A DNA stretch of 64,000 bases. It comes from Nannocystis radixulma. Lineage in GTDB: Bacteria; Myxococcota_A; Polyangia; Nannocystales; Nannocystaceae. Location: the NCBI RefSeq assembly GCF_028369095.1, contig NZ_JAQNDN010000024.1, forward strand, positions 153,350 to 217,349. The letters are read 5' to 3'. Shown piece after piece: positions 17,954-28,600 of this stretch; position 1 is the stretch's first letter, and every line of letters starts with the position of its first letter. The notes beneath the pieces were generated by a model. The model made no database searches, was not told the DNA's origin, and saw nothing but the letters and a program-made list of their open reading frames with translations. The translations under genes and the position numbers were made by a program.

Positions 17954-20845
17954 ATGCCCGACACGCCCCCGGCCCCCGGCCCGATCGAGGAGGCGACGGT
18001 CCTCGCCGTCGTCGGTGAGCTCATCTCCGCCGTCGGCGACGGGCGCGGCCTCGGCAACCTCCGCCTCGACGCCTCGCTCGAGCGCGAGCTCGGCCTCGGC
18101 AGCCTCGAGCGCGTCGAGCTGCTCGGCCGCCTCGAGGCCCGCCTCGGCGTGGTGTTCCCCGAGGAGGCGCTGAGCGAGGCCGACACCCCGCGCCAGCTGG
18201 TCGCGCTGGCCCGCAAGGCCCGCGGGGAGGGCGCTTCGGACATGTCCCCGAGCGCAGCTCCGAAGGAGCATGTCCGAGAGGACCTGTCCCTCCCGACAGA
18301 CGCGCCGCCGCCGGCCCCGGCCGCGGCGCAGACGCTGATCGAGGCGCTCGACTGGCACGTCGCGCACGCGCCGGGGCGGGTCCACATCATGCTGCTGCGC
18401 GAGGACGGGCGCGAGGAGCCGATCACCTACGCGGCGCTGCGGCGCGACGCCGGGCGGGTGGCGGCGGGGCTGCGGCGGCGCGGGCTCAAGCCGGGCGGCA
18501 AGGTGGCGATCATGCTGCCGACGTCGCGCGGCTACTTCGCGGCGTTCATGGGCGCGCTGCTGGCCGGCGGGGTGCCGGTGCCGTTGTACCCGCCGTTCCG
18601 CCTCGACCGGATCGCCGAGTACATCCAGCGCGAGGCGAAGATCCTGGCCAACGCCGAGGCCGAGGTGCTGATCACGTTCGCCCGCGCGGCCCGGGTCGCC
18701 GAGCTGATCCGCGACCAGGTGCCGGCGCTCGGGCAGGTGCTCGACGTCGACGAGGCGCTGGCCGACGCCAGCCTCGACACGGCGGTGGCGGCCGACCTGC
18801 GCGGCGAGGACACGGCGCTGCTGCAGTACACGTCGGGCAGCACCGGCGACCCGAAGGGCGTCGAGCTGACGCACGCCAACGTCCTCGCCAACATCCGCGC
18901 GGCGGCCGAGGGCTGCGCGCTGCGGGCCGGCGACGTGATGGTCAGCTGGCTGCCGCTCTACCACGACATGGGGCTCGTCGGCGGGTGGCTGATGAACCTG
19001 TACTTCGGGACACCCACGGTGATCCTGTCGCCGGTGACCTTCCTGGCCCGGCCGGAGCGGTGGCTGCAGGCGTTCTCGAGCTACCACGGCACGATCGCGT
19101 GCGCGCCGAACTTCGCGTTCGACCTGTGCGTCAAGCGGGTCGCGCCCGAGGCGATCGCGCCGCTGCAGCTGGGCCAGGTCCGGGCGCTGCTCAACGGCTC
19201 CGAGCCGATCCTGCCGGCCACCCTCGACCGCTTCGCCGAGCACCTGGCGCCGGCGGGCTTCCACCGCGAGGCGCTGTTCTGCGCCTACGGTCTGGCCGAG
19301 AACATGGTCGCGGTGACGTTCCCGCCGCCGGGCCGCGGGCCGCTTGTCGATCGCGTCGAGCGCACGACCTTCGAGGCGACGGGCGAGGCGCGGCAGGCCG
19401 CCGCCGACGCGCCCGAGGGCGAGGTGCTGCACTTCGTCGGCTGCGGCGCGGCGGTGCCGAAGCACGAGGTGCGGATCGCCGACGAGGCCGGCGCCGCGCT
19501 GCCCGATCGGCAGCAGGGCCGGATCCTGTTCCGCGGGCCGTCGACGTTCAAGGGCTACTACGGCAACCCGGAGGCGACCGCGAAGGTCAAGCTCGAGGGC
19601 GGCTGGGTCGACTCGGGCGACCTCGGGTACATGGTGAACGGCGAGCTGTTCATCTCGGGTCGCGTCAAGGACCTGATCATCAAGGGCGGCCGCAACTACT
19701 ACCCGCACGAGCTCGAGGCCGCGGCGGGCGCGGTCGCGGGGGTGCGGCAGGGCTGCGTGGCGGCGTTCGCCGTGCGCGACGAGGCGGCCGGGACCGAGTC
19801 GATCGTGGTGGTCGCCGAGACGAAGGAGGAGCGGCCGGCCGCCCGCGCGGCGCTGCAGCAGAAGATCGGCGAGGCGATCGCGGCGTCGGTCGGGATCCCG
19901 CCGGACCGCGTGGTGTTGACGGCGCCCGGCGCGGTGCCGAAGACGTCGAGCGGCAAGATCCGCCGCGGCGACACCCGCAAGCTCTACCTCGCCGGCGAGC
20001 TCGGGCGCGGCCACGGCTCGTTCGCCCGCCAGGCCGCCGGGCTGTACTTGCGCGGGCTGCCGCGCCGAGCTCGCGCGCTGGCCGGGCGCGCTGGCGAGGT
20101 CGCGTACGGCGGCTTCGCCCTCGGCACCTTCGGCGGCATGCTCGCCGCCTCGACCGCGGCCGGCCGGCTGATCCCGTCGGGCGCGCCGCTGCGGAAGTTC
20201 TCGCGCCAGGTCGCCCGCGCGACGATGGCGACGATCGGCCTGCGCCCGAACGTGACTGGCCTCGAGAACATGCCCCAAGGGCCATGTATCCTCGCGCCCA
20301 ACCACTGCAGCTACCTCGACCCGTTCGTGCTGCTGGCGGCGCTGCCCGACACGATCCGCTTCGTGGTCAAGGGCGAGTGCCGCGACAACCGGGCGTTCGG
20401 ACCGCTGATCCGCCGGGCCGGTCACGTGCTGATCGAGCGGCTGCAGGCAGAGCGGGCGCTGGCCGGGCTCGAGGCCGTGGCGGAGGTGCTGCGCGCGGGC
20501 GCGCCGGTGGTGGTGTTCCCGGAGGGCACGTTCAGCCGCGAGGCCGGGCTGCGGCCGTTCAAGCTCGGCGCGTTCCGCCTGGCCGCCGAGACCGGCGTGC
20601 CGGTGGTGCCGATCGCGCTGCGGGGCACCCGCAACGCGCTGCACGACGGCACCTGGCTCCCGCGACATGTCCAGATCGATGTCCAGGTGCTCCCGCCGAT
20701 CACGCCCGAGGGCAAGACGCTGGTCGACATCGTCCGCCTGCGCGACCTCACCGCCGACGCGATCGCGGCCCACATCGACGAGCCCCGCCTGCACGCGGTG
20801 ATGGTGGCGGGGATCCAGGGCCTCGACCCGAGCGAGCGCGGCTGA
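17954..20845 (+). CDS. tri-domain fusion: acyl carrier protein, fatty-acyl-AMP ligase and 1-acyl-sn-glycerol-3-phosphate acyltransferase (ElbD/Aas-like lipid-modifying enzyme)
   Basis: One 963-codon frame with no internal stop. ACP site LGLGSLERVEL. AMP-binding motifs TSGSTGDPKGVELTH, YGLAEN and GELFISGRVKDLI. Acyltransferase HxxxxD (NHCSYLDPF) and FPEGTFS. Confidence 0.7.
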   Translation: MPDTPPAPGPIEEATVLAVVGELISAVGDGRGLGNLRLDASLERELGLGSLERVELLGRLEARLGVVFPEEALSEADTPRQLVALARKARGEGASDMSPSAAPKEHVREDLSLPTDAPPPAPAAAQTLIEALDWHVAHAPGRVHIMLLREDGREEPITYAALRRDAGRVAAGLRRRGLKPGGKVAIMLPTSRGYFAAFMGALLAGGVPVPLYPPFRLDRIAEYIQREAKILANAEAEVLITFARAARVAELIRDQVPALGQVLDVDEALADASLDTAVAADLRGEDTALLQYTSGSTGDPKGVELTHANVLANIRAAAEGCALRAGDVMVSWLPLYHDMGLVGGWLMNLYFGTPTVILSPVTFLARPERWLQAFSSYHGTIACAPNFAFDLCVKRVAPEAIAPLQLGQVRALLNGSEPILPATLDRFAEHLAPAGFHREALFCAYGLAENMVAVTFPPPGRGPLVDRVERTTFEATGEARQAAADAPEGEVLHFVGCGAAVPKHEVRIADEAGAALPDRQQGRILFRGPSTFKGYYGNPEATAKVKLEGGWVDSGDLGYMVNGELFISGRVKDLIIKGGRNYYPHELEAAAGAVAGVRQGCVAAFAVRDEAAGTESIVVVAETKEERPAARAALQQKIGEAIAASVGIPPDRVVLTAPGAVPKTSSGKIRRGDTRKLYLAGELGRGHGSFARQAAGLYLRGLPRRARALAGRAGEVAYGGFALGTFGGMLAASTAAGRLIPSGAPLRKFSRQVARATMATIGLRPNVTGLENMPQGPCILAPNHCSYLDPFVLLAALPDTIRFVVKGECRDNRAFGPLIRRAGHVLIERLQAERALAGLEAVAEVLRAGAPVVVFPEGTFSREAGLRPFKLGAFRLAAETGVPVVPIALRGTRNALHDGTWLPRHVQIDVQVLPPITPEGKTLVDIVRLRDLTADAIAAHIDEPRLHAVMVAGIQGLDPSERG
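18237..18290. repeat. 14-bp-period repeat array, 4 units, embedded in-frame in the linker between the carrier and ligase domains
   Basis: ggacatgtcc / gcgcagctcc / gagcatgtcc / ggacctgtcc at 14-bp spacing. Confidence 0.6.
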
Positions 20846-21270
20846 CCGGGCGGACGAGCGACGGCCTCGACTTCCCCGCCGCCGCGAGGAAGTGATCGGC
20901 TCGTCGCGTACGTCGCGTCCGCCGGTCGATGTCCGGCGGGTCGACGTCCTGGTGCACCCGGCGCGTGCCGATGAGCTCGGGTCGTGCCCGGGTCGTCCGC
21001 GGCGTCTCGTGGCGCCAGCAGGATGCGGCCGGAGGTGCGGATGATTGGAAGTTGCAGGAGATGTGCGGCTGGCTCGTGTCTTGCTGTCACACTCGAGTCC
21101 TGTGTTTGTGCCGGCTCGAGGTCGTGTCGACTGGTTCCAGGGCGCTGCTGGCGGCGGTCGGCGGACACGCCGCGGCGGACACATGACCGATCGGTCAGGC
21201 CGCCGACGCGTGACATGAGGCGCATCGCCAGGAGGTTGAAACCGTGTGCGCGCGGGACTAGCGTCAGGGC

Positions 21271-22209
21271 GTGTCACCGACGCGTCGCGCGCTCTTGAAG
21301 GCCGCTCCCGCTCTGATCTTCGCTGGTTGTACGCCGCCGTCGATCACGACGCCGGTGGTGAAGAAGAGCGCGAAGCTGCGAGAGGTGACGGCGATGCATC
21401 CGTTCCAGCCGTCGCGCGACGGGGCAGGCGTGACGATCCGGCGCGCCCTCGGTCACCGCGGCTTGCCGGACCTCGACCCGTTCCTGCTGCTCGACGAGAT
21501 CCGCAGCGACCGCCCCGACGAGTACCAGGCGGGGTTTCCCGAGCATCCGCACCGCGGCTTCGAGACCGTCTCGTACGTGCTCGCGGGGGCGTTCGAGCAC
21601 CGCGACAGCGTCGGCAACCACGGGCGGATCGGCGCCGGGGCGACGCAGTGGATGACGGCCGGCCGCGGGATCGTGCACGAGGAGATGCCGCGCCAGCAGG
21701 ACGGCGGCAAGCTGTGGGCCTTCCAGCTGTGGGTGAACCTGCCGGCGGCGGAGAAGATGACCAAGCCCCGCTACCAGGAGCTGGGGCCGGAGACGATCCC
21801 GATGCTGACCGTCGACGACGCGCAGGTGCGGCTGGTCGCCGGCGAGCTGGCCGGGCAGCGCGGGCCGGTCGACGGGGTGACGGTCCGGCCGCTGCTGATG
21901 GACGTGACGCTCGAGCCCGGGGCGGGTCTGCGCCAGCCGATCGCCTGCGACCTGGCCGCGTTCGCCTACGTGCTCGAGGGCGCGGCCCGGTTCGGCGGCG
22001 AGGGCCGCGAATTGCTCAAGGGACAGGTCGGCGTGCTCGGCCAGGGCAACACGCTGGCGCTGTCCAGCGACGCTGGGGCGCGCCTCCTGCTGCTCGCCGG
22101 CCGGCCGCTGCGCGAGCCGGTGGCCCGCCGCGGGCCGTTCGTGATGAACACGGAAGACGAGCTGCGCCAGGCGTTCGCCGACTACCGCTCGGGCCGGCTG
22201 ATCGGCTGA
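21271..22209 (+). CDS. pirin-family cupin protein; N-terminus looks like a Tat signal plus lipobox (alternative cytoplasmic start at ATG 21394)
   Basis: Pirin motifs (VTIRRALG, HPHRGFETVSYVLAGAFEHRDS). The N-terminus TRRALLKAAPALIFAGC is twin-arginine-like. Confidence 0.75.
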   Translation: MSPTRRALLKAAPALIFAGCTPPSITTPVVKKSAKLREVTAMHPFQPSRDGAGVTIRRALGHRGLPDLDPFLLLDEIRSDRPDEYQAGFPEHPHRGFETVSYVLAGAFEHRDSVGNHGRIGAGATQWMTAGRGIVHEEMPRQQDGGKLWAFQLWVNLPAAEKMTKPRYQELGPETIPMLTVDDAQVRLVAGELAGQRGPVDGVTVRPLLMDVTLEPGAGLRQPIACDLAAFAYVLEGAARFGGEGRELLKGQVGVLGQGNTLALSSDAGARLLLLAGRPLREPVARRGPFVMNTEDELRQAFADYRSGRLIG

Positions 22210-22229
22210 GGCTCGGAAGAGTGTCGTTT

Positions 22230-22296
22230 CGGGCATGTCCGGGAGGGCATGTCCCAGGATGTATGCTCGAAGGGACATGCCCCTCGGCGCATGTCC
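22230..22296. repeat. 14-bp-period CATG repeat array, 5 units (22234, 22248, 22262, 22276, 22290)
   Basis: Read from the sequence. It lies between convergent genes. Confidence 0.8.
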
Positions 22297-22302
22297 GCTG
22301 GT

Positions 22303-24258
22303 TCACTCGGCGGCTTCGACGCGGGACAGCGCGATCGGCAGGGTGACGGTGAAGGTCGAGCCCAGGCCGGGGGAGCTGCGGGCGTCGATCCGGCCGTGCA
22401 TCATCTCGGCGTAGTGGCGGCTGATCGACAGGCCGAGGCCGGTGCCGCCGTACTTGCGGGTGGTGGACTCGTCGGCCTGGCGGAACGGCTGGAACAGCTC
22501 CTCGAGGCGGGCGGGGTCGATGCCGATGCCGGTGTCCTGGACGGCGAGGACGAGCTGTTCGCCATGGGTGCCGACCTCGCGGGAGACGCGGAGGCCGACG
22601 ACGCCGCGGTGGGTGAACTTGCAGGCGTTGCTGAGCAGGTTGATGGCGATCTGCTTGACCTTGGTGCGGTCGAGGCTGACGAGGCCGAGGCCGGGGCGGG
22701 CGACGATGTCGAGCCGGTTGGCGTTCTTGTGGACGAGCGGCTCGATGGTGGCGACGACCTCCTGGACCAGCTCGTCGACCGCGAAGTCCTCGACGAACAG
22801 CTCCATCTTGCCGGCCTCGATCTTGGAGACGTCGAGGATGTCGTTGATGAGGTCGAGGAGGTGGCGAGCAGCGCCGCGGATCTTGCCGAGGTCGCCGAGG
22901 TCGAGCCGGCGGCCGTCCTCGACGCTCTCGTCCTCGAGCAGCTCGCTGTAGCCGATGATGGCGTTGAGCGGGGTCCGCAGCTCGTGGCTCATGTTGGCCA
23001 GAAAGGCGCTCTTGGCCTTGCTGGCGTCGATCGCCGAGTCGCGGGCCGAGACGAGCTGGCCGTTGAGGAGGTGCAGCTGCTGATTCAGCCGCTCGAGCTC
23101 GGCGGTGCGCTCGCGGACCCGCTGCTCGAGCTCGTCGTGGGCCCTGCGCAGCGCCAGCTGGGCCCGCTTCTGCTCGGTGATGTCGGTGAGCACGGCGAGC
23201 AGGTGGTCGCGGTTCTGCAGGCGGAAGCGGGCGCCCCGCAGCTCGACGACGAAGGTCTCGCCGTCGCGGGCGGTGGCGATCCCCTCGGACAGGAAGTAGC
23301 CGAGCTCGTGGACGGCGGCGCGCATGCGGGCGAACAGGTCGGCGCCGCCGGAGGCCTCGAGCAGCTCGGCGAAGCGGCACCGGCCGAGGTCGGCGCGCGA
23401 GCAGCGGAACAGCTGCGAGGCGGCCGGGTTGGCCTCGACGACCACGCCGGTGTGGTCGTCGAGGATCAAGAGCGCGTTGGTGCCGGCCTCGAAGATCCCG
23501 CGGTACTGCTCCTCGCGGCTGCGCAGCTCGTCCTCCTGCTGCTTGCGCGAGAAGAAGCCCGGGATCTCGTAGCGCGTGACGTGGCTGGCGAGGTGCGGCC
23601 GGCCGTGCAAGTAGTCGTGGATGTAGCCCTCGATGCGCGAGGGGTGGGCCATGATGAAGCGACAGTGCTCGTCGCCCTTGGCCCGGCAGAGGATCTCCGA
23701 GGCGACCAGCGGGACCCCGAAGCTGGCTTCGCACCACCCCGACGAGTAGCCCGCGTTCATCACGCACACCGGAAAGTCCGTGCGCTTGCCGGCGTCGATC
23801 CACGAGTCCGACTCGAACGAGTAGGGGTGATCGTAGATGAGGTAGAAGCTCTCGTTGGGTACGGGCCGACTCTCGGGCGAGATGTCGACGAAGGCCCACC
23901 CCGAGTGCGAGAAGTGGATCGGACCGGCCGACAGCCGCGCGATCGGATCTTGCAACTGCATGCGATCGGCGAGGTCGTTGGCGTCGGCCAGACCCATGGC
24001 GTGTGCGATGTCGAACAACAGGCTACGGGCGACCCCCAGGGCCTCGTCCTGGCCCTTGTCGCGGTACAGGCGCTGGACCATCTCGAAGAACTCGACCGAC
24101 ATGGCCCGCGCCCGCACCAGCATGTAGCGCTGGCCGAAGACCTCGATGGTGGCCTTGTCAGGGACGTCACGACGCTCGGCGAAGAAGCGTCCGACGTCCT
24201 CTTGCGCCTGCTCGAACAGCGGCTCGAGCTCCGGCGGCACCCGTACGGTCTTCAACAC
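22303..24258 (-). CDS. sensor histidine kinase: V4R/XylR-N-like sensor domain, PAS, HisKA, HATPase_c
   Basis: H-box MSHELRTPLNAI. N/G-box motifs LLSNACKFT and DTGIGI. C-terminal GGTGLGLSI. Cys-containing V4R-like N-terminal region. Confidence 0.8.
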   Translation of the reverse strand: MLKTVRVPPELEPLFEQAQEDVGRFFAERRDVPDKATIEVFGQRYMLVRARAMSVEFFEMVQRLYRDKGQDEALGVARSLLFDIAHAMGLADANDLADRMQLQDPIARLSAGPIHFSHSGWAFVDISPESRPVPNESFYLIYDHPYSFESDSWIDAGKRTDFPVCVMNAGYSSGWCEASFGVPLVASEILCRAKGDEHCRFIMAHPSRIEGYIHDYLHGRPHLASHVTRYEIPGFFSRKQQEDELRSREEQYRGIFEAGTNALLILDDHTGVVVEANPAASQLFRCSRADLGRCRFAELLEASGGADLFARMRAAVHELGYFLSEGIATARDGETFVVELRGARFRLQNRDHLLAVLTDITEQKRAQLALRRAHDELEQRVRERTAELERLNQQLHLLNGQLVSARDSAIDASKAKSAFLANMSHELRTPLNAIIGYSELLEDESVEDGRRLDLGDLGKIRGAARHLLDLINDILDVSKIEAGKMELFVEDFAVDELVQEVVATIEPLVHKNANRLDIVARPGLGLVSLDRTKVKQIAINLLSNACKFTHRGVVGLRVSREVGTHGEQLVLAVQDTGIGIDPARLEELFQPFRQADESTTRKYGGTGLGLSISRHYAEMMHGRIDARSSPGLGSTFTVTLPIALSRVEAAE

Positions 24259-24390
24259 GCTGCGCGATCATACGCATCGGCGATCGGCGTCGGCAAGCGA
24301 GGCTGCCAGGCCGCACCGGGTCCGCGTTCGGGGTCGGAAGGCCGCGCACGGGGGCGACACGGCCTTACACGTCGACGCGAGGACGCGCGG

Positions 24391-25348
24391 TCAGTCGGTG
24401 TTCAGCGAGGCCTGCATCGCCCGCGCGCTCGGGTAACGACGCGCGGGGTCCTTGGCGCACGCGCGGCTGAAGATCCAGTCGAGCCTGTCCGCAAGTTCAG
24501 GTGGCGTGCCGGCCGGCAGGCGCGAGCTCGGCGGCGGCGGCGTCAGGTCGCGCTGGGCGATCAGCAGCTCGTGCAGCGGCGCGCTCGTCAGCTCCTCGAA
24601 GGGGAGCACGCCGGTGGCGAGCTCGTAGAGGCTGACGCCGACGGCGTAGACGTCGGTCCGCGGATCGATGACGCCACCGTGCACGGTCTGCTCGGGGGCG
24701 ATGTAGTTGGGATCGCCACAGAGCGGGTCGGTGGGGCCGGGCCGCGGGCCGTCGAGGTCGTAGGCGATGCCGAGGTCGAGCAGCTTGGTGGTCAAGAAGC
24801 GCGTGTTCGGATCGCGGGTCACGAACATGTTGGCCGGCTTCACATCGCAGTGGACGATCCGGCAGTCGTGGAGGTACTGCAGGGCCATCAGCACCTGCGA
24901 CAGGCCGCGTACGAGCGCCGGCCAGGGGACCACCCGGCCGCGCGCGCGCGTGGCGTCGAGCAGGCGCAGCATGTCGGTGCCGGGCAGGTACTCCATCGCC
25001 ATCCACTCGGTCTGGCCGCGCTCGTCGACGCCCATGTCGTAGACGCGGACCAGGCAGGGGTGGAGGAGGCGCGCGCCGAGGATGGCCTCGCGGCGGAAGC
25101 GTCGCTGCTCGCGCGCCGGGACGTCGGTGTGCATGACCTTGAGCGCGACGTTCCGCTCGAGCAGGCTGTCGTAAGCCTGGTAGATCTTACCCATCCCGCC
25201 GGCCCCGATCAGGCGCAGGACGGTGTAGCGCTCGAGGTGCTCGAGTGGGCTGTCGATCTCGACCGGGAGCTCGATGACCTCGCCCCCCGGCAAGTGGTCG
25301 CCGAGGTCGGAGAGGGTCGGGCGCTGCGCGGTAGCGAGTTCCACGGTT
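24391..25348 (-). CDS. Ser/Thr protein kinase (Hanks-type), kinase domain only
   Basis: LIGAGGMGKIYQAYD, VALKVM, HCDVKPANMF, DLGIA and GDPNYIAPE. Start assigned to GTG 25348 just before the Gly loop. Confidence 0.7.
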
Positions 25349-25639
25349 CGAGAGCGTAGACCGGTCGTCGAGGTCGACCAAAAAACCGACGAAAGCGCGC
25401 GCGCGACCGCGATGCCGCTGTTCGGCTCGCGTGCTGGACATGTTTGAACGGCTATGTTCGGGTCGCTCGCCGCAATTTCGGGCGGAACCGCCCCGTACGC
25501 CCGGCCGAGCGGCGTTTCATTGCGCATGAGGCCGCTGGCGACGGCGGCGAACGCGGCTCGCAGCGCAGCGCACGGACTGCGGCGCGTGCCCCCCAGCGTG
25601 CTTGACACCCTACACCCTCAGTCGTGATCCTGAGCGCGC

Positions 25640-28600
25640 TTGGTCGGGGGCAGCAGCACGAGGTTCTTGTCGGAGGCCCAGGGACGCGTGGGCCGGTGGC
25701 TGCGCAACAAGTGGCACCTCGACGGCCTGATCGCCATCGGCGGCATGGCGTCGGTGTACGCGGCGACGCATCGCAACGGCAACCGCGCCGCGCTCAAGGT
25801 GCTGCACACGCTCTTCCTGCGCAACGAGCAGGCGCGCCGTCGCTTTCTGCGCGAGGGCTACGCGGCCAACAGCGTCGGCCATCGCAACGCGGTCCACGTC
25901 CTCGACGACGACATCACCGAAGAGGGCGACGTGTACCTGGTGATGGAGCTGCTCGAGGGCGAGTCGCTCGAGGGGCGCCTGGAGCGACTCGGCCAGCTGC
26001 CGCCGATGGCGGTGCTGGAGATGACGGACGCGCTGCTCGAGGTGCTCGCGGCCGCCCACTCGAAGGGCATCCTCCACCGCGACATCAAGCCGGCCAACAT
26101 CTTCCTGTGCCGCGACGGCAGCGTGAAGCTGCTGGACTTCGGGCTCGCCCGCGTGCGCGAGCTGTCGGCCGAGGCGCTCGACCAGAGCGACGGCATCGTG
26201 TTCGGGACGGTCTCGTACATCGCGCCCGAGCAGGCCCGCGCCGACAACGAGAACCTCGATGCGCGCAGCGACCTGTGGTCGATCGCGGCGACGATCTTCC
26301 GCGCGCTGTCGGGCGAGACGGTCTTCCCGGCGGTGGGCCCGGTGATCGAGCGCCTGCTGGCGGTGGCCCGCACGCCGGCGCGTTCGCTGGCGACGCTGCG
26401 ACCCGACTTGCCCAGGCCGCTCATCGAGCTGGTCGACCGCGCGCTGGCGTTCGAGCCGGTGGCCCGCTGGCCGAGCGCCAACGTGATGCGCGTGGTGGTC
26501 CAGGATGTCCTCAACCAGCTGAGCGAGCAGGACGACTGGGAGGAGCCGAGCGCGTCGCCGCTGCGTCCGGTCGTGGCGCCCACGGCGAGCGGCCCGCGGC
26601 CCAAGACCGACCCCATGGCGGGCTCGTTCCGCCCGCGCAGCCTGCCCGCGCCGCCGCCCCCGGTCCAGAAGTCGCCGGCGCGCGTGAGCGGGCCGTTCGC
26701 CAACCTGGCCGATGGGACAGGGGGGGAAGAGTTCGAGATCAACGTCGACGAGACGCTGCGCAACAAGGCGCTGGCGGCCGGCGGCGGACCGAGCGCGAGC
26801 GTCAGCGAGACGCCCAAGGGGCGCTCGCGCACGCTGCTGACCCGCGAGGGGCGGGCCGAGCTGCGCAAGATCCTCGAGGAGCGTCGCTCCTCGCTGGGGA
26901 TCCCCGAGCGGCCCGCAGACCGGCCGGAGTCGAAGCCGGTCAAGGCCGCCGAGCCGGTGAAGTCCGAGGAGGAGATCGCCGAGGAGCTCGAGTGGGAGCG
27001 CCTGCGCGCCGCGGCTGTCGCTGCGTCCGCGCCCGCGCCTGCGCCGGAATCGGCGAGTGAGCCCGACGAGCCGGAGATCGATCAGGACGCTGCGGCTGCG
27101 GAGACGATCGCCGCGGCCGCGGCCGAGGACGAGGAGCCGCTGGCCGAGAGCGGGTCTTATCCCAGCGAGGGCACGGAGGCCGGCGAGGGCGAGGCCGGCG
27201 AGGGCGAGGGCGACGAGGGCGGGTACGCGGAGGTCGAAGAATTCGACGAGGCCGAGGTCGACGAGCTCGAGGACGGCGAACCCGATCCCAACGAGGACAC
27301 CGTCCAGATGACGATGCCCGCCGAGCTGCCGGTCCCGGAGAGCGTGCGGGCGGCGCAAGCGGCAGGTTCGTCCGGACATGTCGGATCGGACATGTCGCGC
27401 GGTGCAGGTCCTTTGGGGCCTGTCCCGGGGGTCGTGCGACCCGGACCGCTCCCACCCGGCGCGTCGGGGCCGCTGCCGGTGGCGGCGCGACCGGCGGGGC
27501 AGACGGTGGTCGGGCCGGCCCCGCTGCCGCCCGGGGTCTCGGGGCCAGCCCCGCGGGCCGGGCTTGGGACCGCGACGCCCGGCCTCGCGCGGGGCGCGTC
27601 CGGGCCCGTGCCGGCCACGCCGGCAGCGCCGCGGCAGCCGCTCGGGACAGGTCTTTCGGGACCTGTTCCAACGGCCAGCCGACCGCCGACGCAGGGGCCG
27701 CCGCCGGGCGTGGGAGTTTCGGGTCCGGTGCCGGGAGCGCGGCCGGCGACGCCGGCGCAGGGGCAGCCTGCCGTGGGGATCCCGGGCCTTGGAGCGCGAC
27801 CGGCCGCACCGGCGCAGGGGCAACCTGCCGTGGGAGCGCCGGGTCCGGCGCGGCCGGCGACGCCGGCGCAGGGGCAGCCTATCGTCGGAGTTTCGCCGGC
27901 GACGCCGGCGCGCGGACAACCGGCGGTGGCGCCCGGGCTGGCCGGCGGGACAGGTACTTCCGAACCTGTCCCTGCGGGCACGAGCGCGCCTGTTGGTAGT
28001 TCGCCCGCGGCACCGCGCGGCGGGCCGGTCCCGGGACAGGGTACGCCGGCGACAGGACGCACGTTCGTGCCGCCAGGCGGCTCGCTGCCGACACGTCCCG
28101 CAGCCGAGCCGACCGGTGCAGGCAAGCCTGGTGAGGCGCCCCGCTGGAGCAGCCCCACCGCAGGTCGTCCGCCGCTCGGCTTGGGCACGACGGTCTCGGC
28201 CGCGGCCGGGCGCAGCGGCTCGGGGCCTGTGCCCGCAGCTAGCGATGCGCCGCAGTCCGCGAGCGCAGCGGGGCGCAGCGAGCCCAGCAAGGCTGCGGCG
28301 GGCGGTTCGATCGGGCAGGCTTCGGCGCGTCCGGCGAGCGGGCCGGCGAAGGCGGCGAGCGGGCCGGCGAAGGCCGCGAGCGCGGTGGCTGGGCCGGCTG
28401 CGCCGCCTCCGTCGGCGAGCGGGCCGGCGAAGGCTGCGGGCGTCGGAGCTCCGTCGGTGAGCGGGCCGGCGAAGGCGGCGAGCGCCGGGACGGCCGGTGC
28501 GATGAAGCCGGCTGGTATGACGGACAGGTCCCCCGGGACAGCCGCGCAGGCGGGCCCAGGCGCCGGTGGGTCGAGCCCGAGCGCCGCGGCGGCTGGTCCT

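Noticed and set aside
17954-20845. Splitting the 963-aa ORF into three separate genes
   Set aside because: No stop codon or frame change separates the three domains in the given sequence. A sequencing error at about 18240 or 19990 cannot be excluded but is not supported.
16372-21277. Long minus-strand ORFs (16372-18426, 17861-21277)
   Set aside because: They are antisense to the well-supported OmpA gene and the carrier-ligase-acyltransferase fusion gene, and have Arg/Gly/Ala-rich low-complexity translations.
25602-25630. TTGACA hexamer as a sigma-70 promoter for the divergent kinase genes
   Set aside because: A good -35 match (cTTGACAc) exists, but no acceptable -10 hexamer follows at 16-18 bp (tgatcc/gtgatc), so the call is too weak.
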